DNA of 64,000 nucleotides from Squalus acanthias (taxonomy: Eukaryota), in assembly GCA_030390025.1 (NCBI GenBank), contig CM059432.1, forward strand, positions 117,244,001 through 117,308,000, in the 5' to 3' direction. The notes under the pieces are model-generated. The model had not been told where the DNA came from, made no database searches, and saw only the letters and a program-made list of their open reading frames with translations. This document shows positions 37,945 through 50,741 of this stretch, piece after piece; the stretch's first letter is position 1, and every line of letters begins with the position of its first letter. The position numbers and the translations under genes are program-made.

Positions 37945-38789
37945 GGGCGCGATCTTGCCAGCCCTGGGGAGGCGGGTTTGGAGGCGGGACTGCCGGGAAA
38001 ATGGCAGAATCTGGGGGCGGGTACCCATCCCGTCCCCAACCCGCCTCCGTGCCATCTTCCCAGGAGGCGGGTATTCGACCCGCGCCGGGTCCCGTCTCCT
38101 GGAGGCAGGAAGGGGATTACAGCCACTTGACTGCCTGTTAACAGATAGTTAACAGGCAGTTAAGAGGATTATCCCCATTTTTCCAACAGAGGCGCAGGCT
38201 TCCCAACGTCGGGAAACCCCGCCAGGGTCTCCGAGGTGAGCAGTGGGTCTGCGGGGGTCGGAGGGGTGCAAAAGTGCGCTGTGAAGGTAAGTGATGGATG
38301 CAAGTGTGGAGAGGTAAGTATGTGAGCTAAGTGGAAAGTGATAGAAAATGTTTACTTACCTTTGTTTCTTCCTGCAGGCTTCAACAGTTGGGGATGCGGA
38401 GAGTCTCGCATCTCACCGGCAGAGATGACAGATGGCTGCTGCATTCTCTGATGCAACAACCATCTAATTTCTGCTCACAAAAGAGGTTTGATGAGTCTTG
38501 AATACAAGGACTCATGAAACAACAGAGAATGTCAGTGTTTGACAGCTTCACAGAGCTGTCAAACGATGACAATTCATCAGTCAAAAATGTTTGACAGATG
38601 AAACGTCATACGCTGACGTTCTCTGTAACCGGCTTCCCCTTAATTGGCCTGCTAAGCCCGCTGGGCGGGCTTAACAAGGTCAATCAAGGGAAAATAGCGT
38701 GGGTTGGTTACAAGTCGATGGAGGCGGGACTAAAACCCGACAAGCAGCAGTCCCGCCTCCAACGCGCCCCCATTGACAAAATCACCCCC
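37945..38789. mobile_element. Harbinger-like MITE
   Basis: Decayed TIRs GGGCGCGATCTTGCCA / TGACAAAATCACCCCC; ATAT on both flanks. Confidence 0.65.
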
Positions 38790-40409
38790 ATATAGAGTCA
38801 GTGACAATTAGGACACCACAATACTGCTGTAAATTGAAAGAAAAACTGTTTTAAACCCTTACAGCTTCGGAGTTTGCACCCTGTGTATGTATAAGGGTTG
38901 TTTTGTGAGGCTCTGCTCCCATCGTGGAGACTCACTCGATGTAAGCCTCTGCTGGGCAGAGGGCCATGACACTATAACAATAAGCAGTATGAACACAGAT
39001 TCCAGGTGCGGAACCTCACCCAGTGGTAGTGCATATTGGGACACTGTGTGCGACCGCCATGATTTTCTGCCAATGAGCTGCAAGTGCACATTCATAAAAC
39101 TTACCCTCATAGGGTCAATTTTCCCACCCATCTGCCACCAGTCTAACAAAGCTCCGTGCCAGGAACAGTGCCTTGTAAAACGAGCTCTATTTTTACCACA
39201 TTCACGTAACCAGTAATAGATTTAGTTAGAGCTTGGGCACAGAGCTGGGTGAATCGGTTTCTCACACCCAACTCAAAAGGAGTGGAGCTGCAGAACCCGA
39301 GGATTCTAAGATAAGTATCTGGGTTAACTATCCAGATATCTAATATTTAGGTTGTGTTTAGTATCTCAGTGGTTCTTGTTAAGCTTGAGTAAATCATAGA
39401 ATCATAGATAATTAAGTTAAAATAATTTAGTCTTTGGTTGGTTCGCTTTCAGGAGTGAATAGAAAAATAGCAGTGTAGTTTAGACCTAATTAATAGCAAT
39501 TATATAAATCACCTTATATCTAAGGAATTTATTTTAAGTTTCTAATTAGAATGGAGGGACAGCTGCAACCTGTAGCCTGCAATTCCTGCGCCATGTGAGA
39601 ACTTCAGGGTGCTTCATGTGTCCCAGAGACCCATGTTTGCAAGAAGTGCCTCCCACTGCTCGAACTCACGCTGAGGGTTTCTGAGCTTGAGGGGCAGCTG
39701 GGTTCACTGCAGGGCATATGGGTAGCTGAGTGTTTCCTGCATCTCAGGTTGCAGGAGGTGGTCACCCCACAGCCAGATAGAGTTCAGAATAGCAAGTGGG
39801 TGGCCGCCCAGAAGGGTAAGAAGAGACTGGCAGTGCAAGAATCCTCCGGGAGTGTGGCACAATAAAACCGATATTCAGCATTGAATACCGGTGAGGGTGA
39901 CGATGCCTCGAAGGAGTGCAGTCTTGAGCCTGACACCGTGAGGCAAAGGACTGCACGGGACGGGGGGGTTAGAGCAAAGTAATTGGGGATTCGATAGTCA
40001 GCGGGACAGACAGGCAGTTCTGCTACTGTCGATGTGAGACCCATATGGTATGTTATCTCCCTGGTGCCAGGGTAATGGACAACATGGAGAGGGTGCAGAA
40101 CATTCTGCGATGGGACAGGAAATGACAGAAGTCATGGTCCATGTCGGAATCAAAGATGTAAGGAGGAAGAGGGTTGCGGTCCTGCAGTCGGAGTTCAAGC
40201 AGCTAGGGAGGAAGTTAAAAAACAGGACCTCAAAGGTAGTAATCTCTGGAGTACTCCAGCGGCACGTGCCAACGAGAGTAGAACTAGGAGAATATGGCAG
40301 GTTACTGCGTGGCTGGAGACATGGTGCAGGAGGGAGGGCTTTAGATTCTTGGGACACTGGGACCAGATCTGTGGAAGGAGGGACCTGTTCAAGATAAACG
40401 GTTTGCACC

Positions 40410-40576
40410 CAATGTTCCATCTAAGCTGCACGTATGCGCAGTAATTGGCAAGGTCCCGCGCAGGCCGCTCACCAGCTTTTCCATTGTAAATACCGCGCAT
40501 GCGCAGAAATTTAAAGGGACCCCGCATTGGAAGAAACAGGCCGCGCAGAACAAAGCGTAGCTTACAGCGAACATTG
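40410..40576. mobile_element. hAT-type MITE (167 bp)
   Basis: TIRs CAATGTTC/GAACATTG; 8-bp TSD TTTGCACC/GTTGCACC. Confidence 0.75.
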
Positions 40577-40915
40577 GTTGCACCTGTACAGAGCTGAGAC
40601 CAATATCCTCGCAGGCAGGTTCACTAGTGCTGTCGGGAGGGTTTATACTAATTCGGCAGGGGGATGGGCACTAAGATGTAGTATTGAAAAGTAGAAACAA
40701 GGTGCACAGAGGACTGGGAGAGACAGTTAGAGTTAGAAATAATGCAGAATTAGGTGGGATCATAGAAAATAAAAAGAGGTCTGGAATCCGATAATGTGGG
40801 AAAATGGGCAGAGCCACCGCGGGGCAAGGTTAACTCACGCCCGTAAAAAGAGCATTATTTTGATGCTGCCTGCTGATTTAAATGATGGGTGGCACAACCT
40901 ACTGTGCAACGCAAT

Positions 40916-41910
40916 AGCAAAACACTGCGGATATTGGAAATCTGAAATAACAACAGAAAGTGCTGGAAACACTCCGCAGGTCAGACAGCATCTAGGAGAG
41001 GAGAAACAGAGTCAATGTTTCGGGTCAAACCCTTTGTCAGAACTGGAAAAGGTTAGGGAAGAGAGATTTTAAATCAGGGGCAGGGAGGAGGGGAGGAAAG
41101 AACAAAGGGAAGGTCTGTGATAGGCTGGAAGGCAGGAGAGATTGAATGACAAAAGAGGTGATAGTGTAAGGCAAAAGGTAATGGGACAAGTTAAGAAACA
41201 AAAGATGGCTCTAGATGAGGTGTGGATGATGATGGCAGCAACATTAACAGCTACCGTGTGAGGAAACAAGAGATAAAAAAACTACAGGGGCCAATTTATT
41301 GTCTGAAATTGTTGAATTCGATGTTAAGTCCAGAAGGCTGTAAAGTGCCTAATAGAAAGATGAGGTGCTGTTCCTCAAGCTTACGTTGAGCTTCGTTGGA
41401 ACAGTGTAAGAGGTCGAGGACGGAGAGATCAGAGTGGGAGTGGAGGGGAGAATTGAAGTGACAGGCGACCGGAAGCTCGGGGTCACGCTTGCGGACTGAA
41501 CGGAGGTGTTCCACAAAGCGGTCACCCAATCTGCGTTTGGTCTCCCCAGTGTAGAGGAGACTGCATCGTGAGCAGCAAATACAGTATACTAAATTGTAAT
41601 AAGTACAAGTAAATCACTGTTTCACCTGGAAGGAGTGTTTGGTGCCCTGGACGGTGGGAAGGGAGGAGGTAAAAGGGCAGGTGTTGCATCACCTTCGCTT
41701 GCATGGGAAGGTGCCGGGCGAAGGGGAGGGGGTTTTGGGGGTGATAGAGGAGTGGACCAGGGTGTCGCGGAGGAAGGGTGTTGAAAGGGGGAGTGGAGGG
41801 GAAGATGTGTTTGGTGGTAGGATCACACTGGAGGTGGCGGAAATGGCACAGGATGATCCGTTGAATGTGGAGGCTGGTGGGGTGAAAGGTGAGGACAAGG
41901 GGAACCCTAT
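40916..41910 (-). mobile_element. Penelope-like element (family 2), 3' part with GIY-YIG endonuclease
   Basis: GTFPCKRR, GDRFVEHLRSV...PVACHFNS...LEEQHLIFLLGTLQPSGLNIEF; terminal repeat with a degenerate hammerhead motif at ~41009-41045. Confidence 0.85.
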
Positions 41911-44118
41911 CATTTCAGGTGATGTGCTCAGCAGGAGGCCCAATGTAGCATGGCCGTAGCAGCGCTGGAGCGAGGCAGCATTGTCTTAATGCAAGGCTGT
42001 CATTTTAGAAACCAGTCTCGAGTCCTTAAAGGGGAACTGCCTTCTAAAATAAAAAAAATAAAAATCATTTAAAAATAGGCAGTCTTTAGCCCTTACAGCT
42101 CAACTGCCTTCTGAAAAAAAATTAAACATTAAAAATAATTCTAAAATGGCAGTCTTCAGCTCTCAAAGCTGAACTGTCTTCTGCACTTAACAAAATGTTA
42201 AAAGTGCTTCAGCACTAACATAAATGGCTCAATAGGCCAGGGAAAGAGCATTCAGGTTCTCGCAAGCTTTGTGCAGGGGATCAACACTGCAAGAGAGGTC
42301 CTCTACCCACAGGGGGCCAGGAGGCCCTCCAGAAAGAAGGATGTGGGACCAGATCACTGAGACTGTCACTGCCAGCAGTGTCGCCCTCCACGACCTGGCT
42401 CCAGTGCCCAAAGAAGTTTCATGATCTCAGACGAGTGGTCAAGGTCAGTGAATACATCTTCAAAAGCCATCTCCTACCAACTGCCCCACTAGCCTCACAC
42501 ACTGCTTAATGCATTATCCCCACCTAATCACTCACCTACCAACAATCTCTACCAAACATGAGGCACACCTCACATTCCTAGCTCTACCTCACCCCCTTGG
42601 AGGAGACGGTGCTGGCCATTCTTGGCAGTGACATAGCTGAGCTCTTGGCCAGTGGCGGGGCTGAAAGGTTACAAGATGCTGGTATCCTCATACCTCATCC
42701 TCCTCCTCACACCCCAATTCCTCCTCAGCCCACAACATCTTCTGATGTACAAGCTGCGTATGGTGTAAGCATGGACCTCTTGCTGTCCCGCCCTCCGCTC
42801 ACCACAACCCCACCCTTGTGCCTTCCACATTTCAGAAATTTCAATTAATCTAGTCTGCCCAGCCAGTGGTTGGCCAAGAAGAGGGAGAGGTCACTGAAGA
42901 AGAAGAAACACCATCACTCAAATTCACACTACCTGCCACCAGCTCCACAAGGATCTCCTGCAATGCCATTTGCAGTGTCCCCCACTGAAAGTCAGCAGCC
43001 TTCCACCAGCCATGCTGCAGCCACTGGGGTAGCACTGCGTGACATCAGTAGAATAGGCAAAGGCACACACAAGACAGTCACTAAAAGAATGCACAAGGGT
43101 GATTAGTTTTGGATTAAGTTGGATTGGAAAGTTTTATTTGTGGTGGTTTTTATTTCAGCATTGTGGCCAAGAGGACGCCAAGAGGACGCCATGATGGTCA
43201 GTAAAAGAGGGAAGGTAAGTTGTGGGACTAATGTTGAAAGGGGACTTGGGGTTGTGTTCACTGGTACCACAGGTGGATGATTCCATCCCGGATATCCCAG
43301 CCAGAAAGAAGCTGTCTGGGTTCCTTCCACTTCCTCCTCTTCTGCTTCCTCCATTTCTGCATCTTCTTCTTGTTTCTTCCTCTTCTGCTTCTTCCTCTTC
43401 CCTCTGCAAGCAGCTTGTCTCCTTTGCTGCCTCTGCTTCATCTCCATGTGCCCCTCAGGACAGTGAGCAAGTGGTCTTCTCAGAGGCAAAATACTGCGGA
43501 TGCTGGAAATCTGAAATAAAAGCTAAAAATGCTGGAAATACTCAGCAGGTCATGCAGCATCTTAAGTTGAAACATTAACTCTGTTTCCATCTCAACAGAT
43601 GCTGCCAGATCTGCTGAGTATTTCCAGCATTTTCTGTCTTCTCAGAGACCTTCCTTTACCATCCAAAGCCTTGCAAGCGTTCAGCAGCATTCCCTGCACA
43701 CTTTAACAACATTTAAATGTGTAACACCAAGCCACTACTTCACTAAAATATAAAAACTAGTCCAAAAGCTGAAATCCAAGCTTAATCCAACAATATCCAA
43801 CATCTAAGATGCTGACAGCATTTCTGCAGGGCTGCTTCATGTACGTTTTTCTGTGCATTTTTAGGACAAGGCATTCTGGCGTGCAAGAACATCCAAAATA
43901 ATAGTCATGGCGTCAAATCAAGCGTGGCACGCTGATTGATGTCACAATCTGCTCCTTTAAATTTGAAAGGCCAATTCTGGCAACGGCAGTGCTATGGCCC
44001 TGACCCAAATGGCAGCCGCCGTGTCCCATGCCAGAAGCGGGCAGAAGCACGGCAGCCACTATTTTTTCAACAAAACCGCCGTTAACGGTCAGTGCTACAT
44101 TGGGGAATTTCTGGGCCC
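41911..44118 (+). mobile_element. Deleted Harbinger-like element
   Basis: Myb exon 1 remnant at 42225-42443 with GTCAGT donor; acidic transposase tail on the minus strand; conserved right-end motif; ends AATTTCTGGGCCC. Left end probably near 40800. Confidence 0.65.
43486..43635. mobile_element. 150-bp palindromic Penelope family 2 insertion
   Basis: Two opposed terminal-repeat pieces flanked by a 12-bp TSD GTCTTCTCAGAG (43474-85, 43636-47). Confidence 0.8.
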
Positions 44119-44410
44119 CTGTATATAAATGCATCAAGTGTGGTTAATAAGGTTGGTGAGCTGCAGGCACAAAATATCCACGTGGGAATATGATGTAATG
44201 GCGATAACTGAGACCTGGCTCAAAAAAAGGGGAGGATTGGATGCTTAATATTCCTGGGTAAAAGTATTCAGGAAAGATAGAGAAGAAGAAAAGAGGAGGA
44301 TGGAGCATTTTAGATTAAGGAAAATATTACAGTGCTAGACAGAGAGAATGTTCTTGAGGGGTCAAAGACAAAATCTATTTGGTTGGAGTTAAGAAACAAT
44401 AAAGGAGCCA

Positions 44411-46749
44411 TAAGAACATAAGAACATAAGATGTAGGAGCAGGAGTAGGTCATCTGGCCCCTCGAACCTGCTCCGCCATTCAATAAGATCATGGCTGATC
44501 TGATCTTGGCCTCAACTCCACTTACCTGCCCGCTCCCCATAACCCTTCATCCCTTATCATTAAAAAATCTGTCTATCTCCACTTTAAATATATTCAATGA
44601 TCCAGCCTCCACAGCTCTCTGGGGAAGAGAATTCCAAAGATTCACAACCCTCTGAGAGTAGAAATTCCTCCTCATTTCGGATTTAAAAGGGTGCCCCCTT
44701 ATTCTGAAACTATGCCCCCTAGTTCTAGATTCCCCCACGAGAGGAAACATTCTCTCAGCATCTACCCTGTCAAGCTCCTTCAGAATCTTATATGTTTCAA
44801 TAAGATCCCCTCTCATTCTTCTAAACTCCAATGAGTATAGGCCCAACCTGCTCAACCTTTCTTCATAAGATAACTCCTTCATCTCCAGAATCAACCTCGT
44901 GAACCTTCTCTGAACTGCCTCCAATGCAAGTATATCCTTCTTTAAATAAGAAGACCAAAGCTGTACGCAGTACTCCAGGTGTGCTCTCACCAATGCCCTG
45001 TAGAGTTGTAACAGGACTTCCCTACTTTTATACTCCAATCCCTTTGCAATAAAGGCCAACACTACATTTGCCTTCCTAATTACTTGCTGTACCTGCATGC
45101 TAACTTTTTGTGATTCATGTACAAGGTCCCCCAGATCCCTCTGTACCTCAGTATTTTATAATCTCTCCCCATTTAAATAATAATTTGCTTTTTTATTTTT
45201 CGTACCAAAGTGGATAACCTCGCATTTTCCCACATTAAACTCCATCTGGCAGATTTTTGCCCACTCACTTAATCTATCTATATCCCTTTGGAGTTACTTT
45301 GCATCCTCCACACAACTTGCTTTCCCAGCTATCTTTGTATCATCAGCAAATTTGGCTACATTACACTCAGTCCCTTCATCCAAGTCCTTAATATAGATTG
45401 TAAATAGTTAAGGTCCCAGCACTGATCCCTGTGGCACCCCACTAGTTACAGTTTGCCAACCTGAAAATGACCCATTTATCCCGACTCTCTGTTTTCTGTT
45501 AGTTAGCCAATCCTCTATCCATGCTAATATATTACCCCCAACCCTGTGAGCTCTTATCTTGTGCAGTAACCTTTTATGTGGCACTTTATCGAATGCCTTC
45601 TGGAAATCCAAATACATGACATCTACTGGTTCCCCTTTATCCACCCTGCTCGTTACATCCTCAAAGAACTCCAGCAAATTTGTCAAACATGAATTCCCTT
45701 TCATAAAACCATGCTGACTCTGCTTGACTATATTATGATTTTCTAAATGTCCTGCTATCACTTCCTTAATGATGGACTCCAGCATTTTCCCAATGACAGA
45801 TGTTAGGCTAACTGGTCGATAGTTGCCTGCTTTCTGTCTCCCTCCTTTCTTAAGTAGGGACGTTACATTTGCGGTTTTCCAGTCCGCTGGGACCTCTCTA
45901 GAATCGAGGGAATTTTGGTAGATTACAACCAATGCATCCACTATCTCTGCAACCACTTCTTTTAAGACTCTAGGATGCACACCATCGGGTCCAGGGGACT
46001 TGTCCACATTTAGTCCCATTAGTTTGCCTAGTACTTTCTCTCTAGTGATAGTGATTGTTTAAATTCCACCCCCCGCCACCCCAATAGCCCCTTGATTATC
46101 ATTATTGGAATGCTTTTAGTGTCTTCTACCGTGAAGACCGATACAAAATATTTGTTCAAGGTCTCTGCCATTTCCCTGTTTCCCATTATTAATACCCCAG
46201 ACTCATCCTCTAGGGGACCAACATTTACTTTAGCTACTCTCTTCCTTTTTATATACCTGTAGAAGCTCTTACTGTCTGTTTTTATATTTCTTGCTAGCTT
46301 ACTCTCATAAGCAATGTTCTCTCTCTTTATCATTTTTTTTGTCGTCCTTTGCTGCTTTTTAAAAATTTCCCAATCCTCTGGCCTTCCACTATTCTTAACA
46401 ACATAGTATGCCTTTGTTTTCAATTTGATACCATCCTTTACTTCTTAGTTAGCCACGGATGGTTCACCTTCTGTTAGAGTCTTTCTTTCTCACTGGAGTA
46501 TATCTTTGCTGAGAGTTATGAGATATCTCCTTAAATGTTTGCCACTGCTTTTCTATATTTCCCCAGTCCACTTTAACCAAGTCTGCCTTCATACCTTTGT
46601 AATTACCTTTGTTTAAGTTGAGGACACTAGTTTGTGACCTAGCTTTCTCACCCTCAAACTGAATTTGAAATTCTACCATGCCACGATCACTTTTCCCAAG
46701 AGGATCCTTCACTTCGAGATCATTAATTAATCCAGCCTTGTTACACATT
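44411..46749 (-). mobile_element. CR1 LINE, 5'-truncated, nested in the plus-strand CR1
   Basis: ORF2 fragments (KSPGPDG.HPRVLKE, NYRPVSLTS, GVPQGSVLGP, LEYCVQ); (CATAAGAA)n tail at ~44408-44430. Confidence 0.93.
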
Positions 46750-46985
46750 ACGCTACTTGTTGTGTTTTAAAGGTCAACAAATAATGGGAAGGAGGTAGAA
46801 GAGCAGATTTGCAAAGAAATTACTGAGAGGTGCAAGAACTATAGAGTAGTGATAATGGGAGACTTTAACGACCCCAATATTGAATGGGTCACTGATTGGG
46901 TTAAGTGCAGAGAAGGGGAGGAATTCCTAAAGTGTGTTCAGGAGAATTTTGTTGATCAGTATGTTTCCTGCCCAACAATGAAGGA

Positions 46986-47202
46986 CAAAAGTGAGAAGTC
47001 ACACAACACCAGGTTATAGTCCAACAGCTTTATTTGAAATCACAAGCTTTCGGAGCGGCTGCTCCTTCGTCAGGTGAAGTCTCCGCTCCGCAGCAGCGCT
47101 CCGAAAGCTTGTGATTTCAAATAAAGCTGTTGGACTATAACCTGGTGTTGTGTGACTTCTCACTTTTGTCCACCCCAGTCCAACACTGGCATCTCCACAT
47201 CA
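46986..47202. mobile_element. 217-bp palindromic Penelope family 1 insertion
   Basis: Inverted pLTR pieces; 13-bp TSD CAACAATGAAGGA (46973-85, 47203-15). Confidence 0.85.
47040..47077 (-). ncRNA. Minimal hammerhead ribozyme motif with intact core
   Basis: Reverse complement reads TCAC-CTGACGA-A-GGAGC(agcc)GCTCC-GAAA-GC-TT-GTGA. Confidence 0.78.
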
Positions 47203-47463
47203 CAACAATGAAGGAGGCATTGCTGGATCTATCCCTGGGGAATGAAGTGGGTCAAGTGGAGATTGTCACAGTTGGGGACCATCTCGGGAATAGTGATCAT
47301 AGTATCATAAGGTGCAGATTAGTTATGGAGAAGGACAAGGAGCAATCTGGAATAAAAATAATTAACTGGAGGAGGGCTAATTTCAGCGAATTGAGAACAG
47401 ATCTGGCCCAGGTATACTGGAGTCAAGGACTGGCAGGCAGAAATATAATGGGGCAATGGGCGG

Positions 47464-49095
47464 TGTAAGGTTTCCAAAATTTGCAGATCCTAAAAACCTA
47501 AGGAAAAAGGACTTTGGAACTACCTCAGAGTGATAAAAATGCATTTGGGCCTAACCAAGGAATTTAAGACCAAAAACCAAGTTTTGGCATTTTAAAACCA
47601 TGTCTGGGCTGTAAAGGGACAAGGAGGTGGGTCGACCTCTGTAAAAGCAGTTTGGTTATTGCAGTTAATTACACTGTCTGGGGAACCGGGATGACCCCAC
47701 TCAAGCCCAGCAGACATTAACATTTGAACAATAGACCCTGGGAGAAGACAGTCCCACCCAAAATACAGGCCCCATCAAAACCGATTACGGGGCCCATCAG
47801 AAACATGCATAATAAAACCCACTCAGACCCACTCTATAGAAAGACCGAGTCCAGCCTAGAAAACCAAACACAAAATCAATCACCAGTGATCAACCAAGGA
47901 GATCGACAGGATGCAAGCCATCCCAAAAGCCATTTGACACTTACAGAGAAGTTACTGGTAGCAGGCCTGCCAAAATCAGACAATGAACTGAGCAAATTTG
48001 GTGGGTAGATAAGGTCATGTTCAATGGGTGAGATTGAAGGCCTGTTAAAAAAACAGTTAACACGCTAGTAAGTCGTTACCGATTAAACGAGCCCGCCAAA
48101 ACCAGACAATGAACTGAGTAGATTTGGCGGGTAGATAAGGCCACTTCAATTCAGTATAATTGAAGGCCCATTAAGCAGTTTGGTGTGGTCATCAGAAGAA
48201 GAAGAAACAAGGAAGAAGACAAGCCGAGCTGGAAGCGAGTCGGCATCGCTCACCACTCAGACACACCTGAGTCCAGCTCGTGAAGATACCACCTTGACGG
48301 ACCTCCAACAACGGTCCCAACACAGTCACCCAGAGCAACAAGCAGCAACAAGTCACCGACGGCTCCACGAGGTCGACCGACACACTGGACAAGGCCTAAA
48401 ACTATCGTGGAAACCAAAGGCCTCAAGAAACCAACAACCGCATATTACCCCCAACTGACCGGGTAATAGCAGGCCACCACGACCAACAAAGACCAACTCA
48501 AGGGAAGAAAACCCGAAGAACCGCAAAGTTTCCACTCTACAATCTACTCCTGACTTACCCCTGGGTAAGATTTTCCCAAAGACTCTAAGCCCTACTGCTA
48601 AACCAAAGAAATTGGGTACTCACCAGATAAATCCAAAACGACATCCTACCGCATCAGCGGACTCGCGAAGACTGACCAGATACGCAGGTGAAGTCCTCTA
48701 CCGCGTACGGGGTATGACAGACACTAACTGCCATAAACAGCGAACCCCAAAACCGCGATTTAGCCCAACTGTCAAAGGATTGGTGAGCATTATCCCTGGT
48801 CCTTCAAAGCCTAACTTAGCTAGTAAAGTGGGGTTGGGAGGGGTGAAGTATTGTTCTACTGTCATTTCCCTCGCTTGTACCGAAGTGTTCCCCACCTTTA
48901 GAGTGTTAAGAGTGTTATTATTTGTGTTTTAACTTTTTAATAAAGATTGAAGTTCTTTTTCATCAAACTCAGTTGTCTGCTGCACCTTTTATCACAACCC
49001 CCAAATAAGTCCAAGGTCTAGAACCAAGGGAGTGGGAGCAATTCGAACCGCTCAGAAGTCAGAGGTGAAGCTGACACAAACCACCACCCCCTACA
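47464..49095 (+). mobile_element. Solo LTR, family B (1632 bp)
   Basis: TGTA...TACA ends, GCGG TSD, AATAAA at 48939; interrupts CR1 ORF2 cleanly. Confidence 0.88.
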
Positions 49096-49644
49096 GCGGC
49101 CTTTAAAGAGGAGATAGTTCGGGTACAGACTAGGTACATTCCCACAAGGGTGAAAGGGAGGGCAACCAAAGCCAGAGCTCCCTGGATAACGAAGGACTTA
49201 GAGAGTAAGATGAAGCAGAAAAAGGTGGCGTATGACAGATGTCAGGATAACAATACATGGGAGAATCAGGCTGAACATAAAAAGTACCGAGGAGAAGTGA
49301 AAAAGGAAATAAGAGGGGCAAAGAAACAGTGCAAGAATTGATAGGCAGCTAAAATAAAAGTGAATCCAAAGGTCTTCTATAGGCATATTAACAGTAAAAG
49401 GGTTGTCAGAGGAGTGGTGGGAGCGATGAGGGACCAAAATGTAGAACTATTAGTGGAGGCAGAAGGCATAGCTGAAGGACTGAATTAATACTTTGCATCG
49501 ATGTTTACCAAGGAAGAGGACTTTGCCAAAGCTATGGCAAATGAGGATGTTGCAGGATACTGGATGAGATAAAAATAGATAAAGTACTAAAAAGGTTGGC
49601 AGTACTTCAAGTGGATAAGTAACTCGGTCTGGATGGGATGCATC

Positions 49645-49801
49645 CAATGTTCCCTTTAATTTTTTGGGGGGTTCGCGGCCCCTTTAAGGGACTGTACAGC
49701 CCATTCAAAAGACCGCACATGTGTGTTTTTTCCCATTTAAAAGCCAGTGAGACGGCTGCACGGGAGCTCCAGAGCGGCCGCGCTGCTTAAAGGGAACATT
49801 G
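49645..49801. mobile_element. hAT-type MITE (157 bp)
   Basis: Perfect 15-bp TIRs CAATGTTCCCTTTAA/TTAAAGGGAACATTG; 8-bp TSD GATGCATC/GATTCATC. Confidence 0.85.
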
Positions 49802-50741
49802 GATTCATCCTAGGTTGCTGAGGGAAGTAAGGGCAGAAATCATGGAGGTACGGGCCACAGTCTTTCGATCCTCCTTAGATACAGGGGTGGTGCCAGAGGA
49901 CTGGAAGATTGTAAATGCTACACCTATCTTCAAAAAAGGGGAGAAGGATAAACCTGACAATTACAGGCCAGTCAGTTTAATGTCAGTGCTAGGGAAGCTT
50001 TTAGAAACAATAATCTGGGAGAAAATTAATAGCCACTTGGATAAGCATGGACTAATAAAAGAGAGCCAGCACGGATTTGTTGAGGGAAAATAATGTTTGA
50101 CTAACTTGATTGAGTTTTTTGATGAGGTAACAGTGAGTGTGGATCAGGGTATTGCAGTTGATGTTGTGTATATGGACTTTCAAAAGGCGTTTGATAAAGT
50201 ACCACATAATAGGCTTGTTAGCAAAATTGAAGCCCGTGGGATAAAAGGGACAGTAGCAGCATGAATACAAAATTGACTAAGGGATAGAAAACAGAGAGTT
50301 GTGGTCAATGGCTGTTTTTCGGACTGGAGCCAGGTATACAGTGCAGTTCCCCAGGGTTCAGTCGCAGGACTGCTGCTGTTTTTGATATACATTAATAACT
50401 TGGACTTGGGGGTACAGGGCACAACTTCAAAATTTTCAGATGACATGAAACTTGGAATTGTAGTAAACAGTGCAGAAGATAGTAATAGACTTCAAGAGGA
50501 CATAGACAGGCTGGTGGAATGGGCGGACACATGGCAGATGAAATTCAATGCAGAGAAGTGTGAGGTGATACATTTTTGTAGGAAGAATGAGGAATACAAT
50601 GCACACTAAATGGTACAATTTTAAAGGGGATGCAAGAACAGAGAGACCTGGGGGTGTTTGTGTATAAATCTTTGAAGGTGGCAGGACAAGTTAACAAAGC
50701 AGTTAATAAAGCTCATGGGATCTGGGCTTTATAAATAGAGG

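Noticed and set aside
38859..39216. Overlapping ORFs in unique DNA as an exon
   Set aside because: No recognisable protein and inconsistent splice signals.
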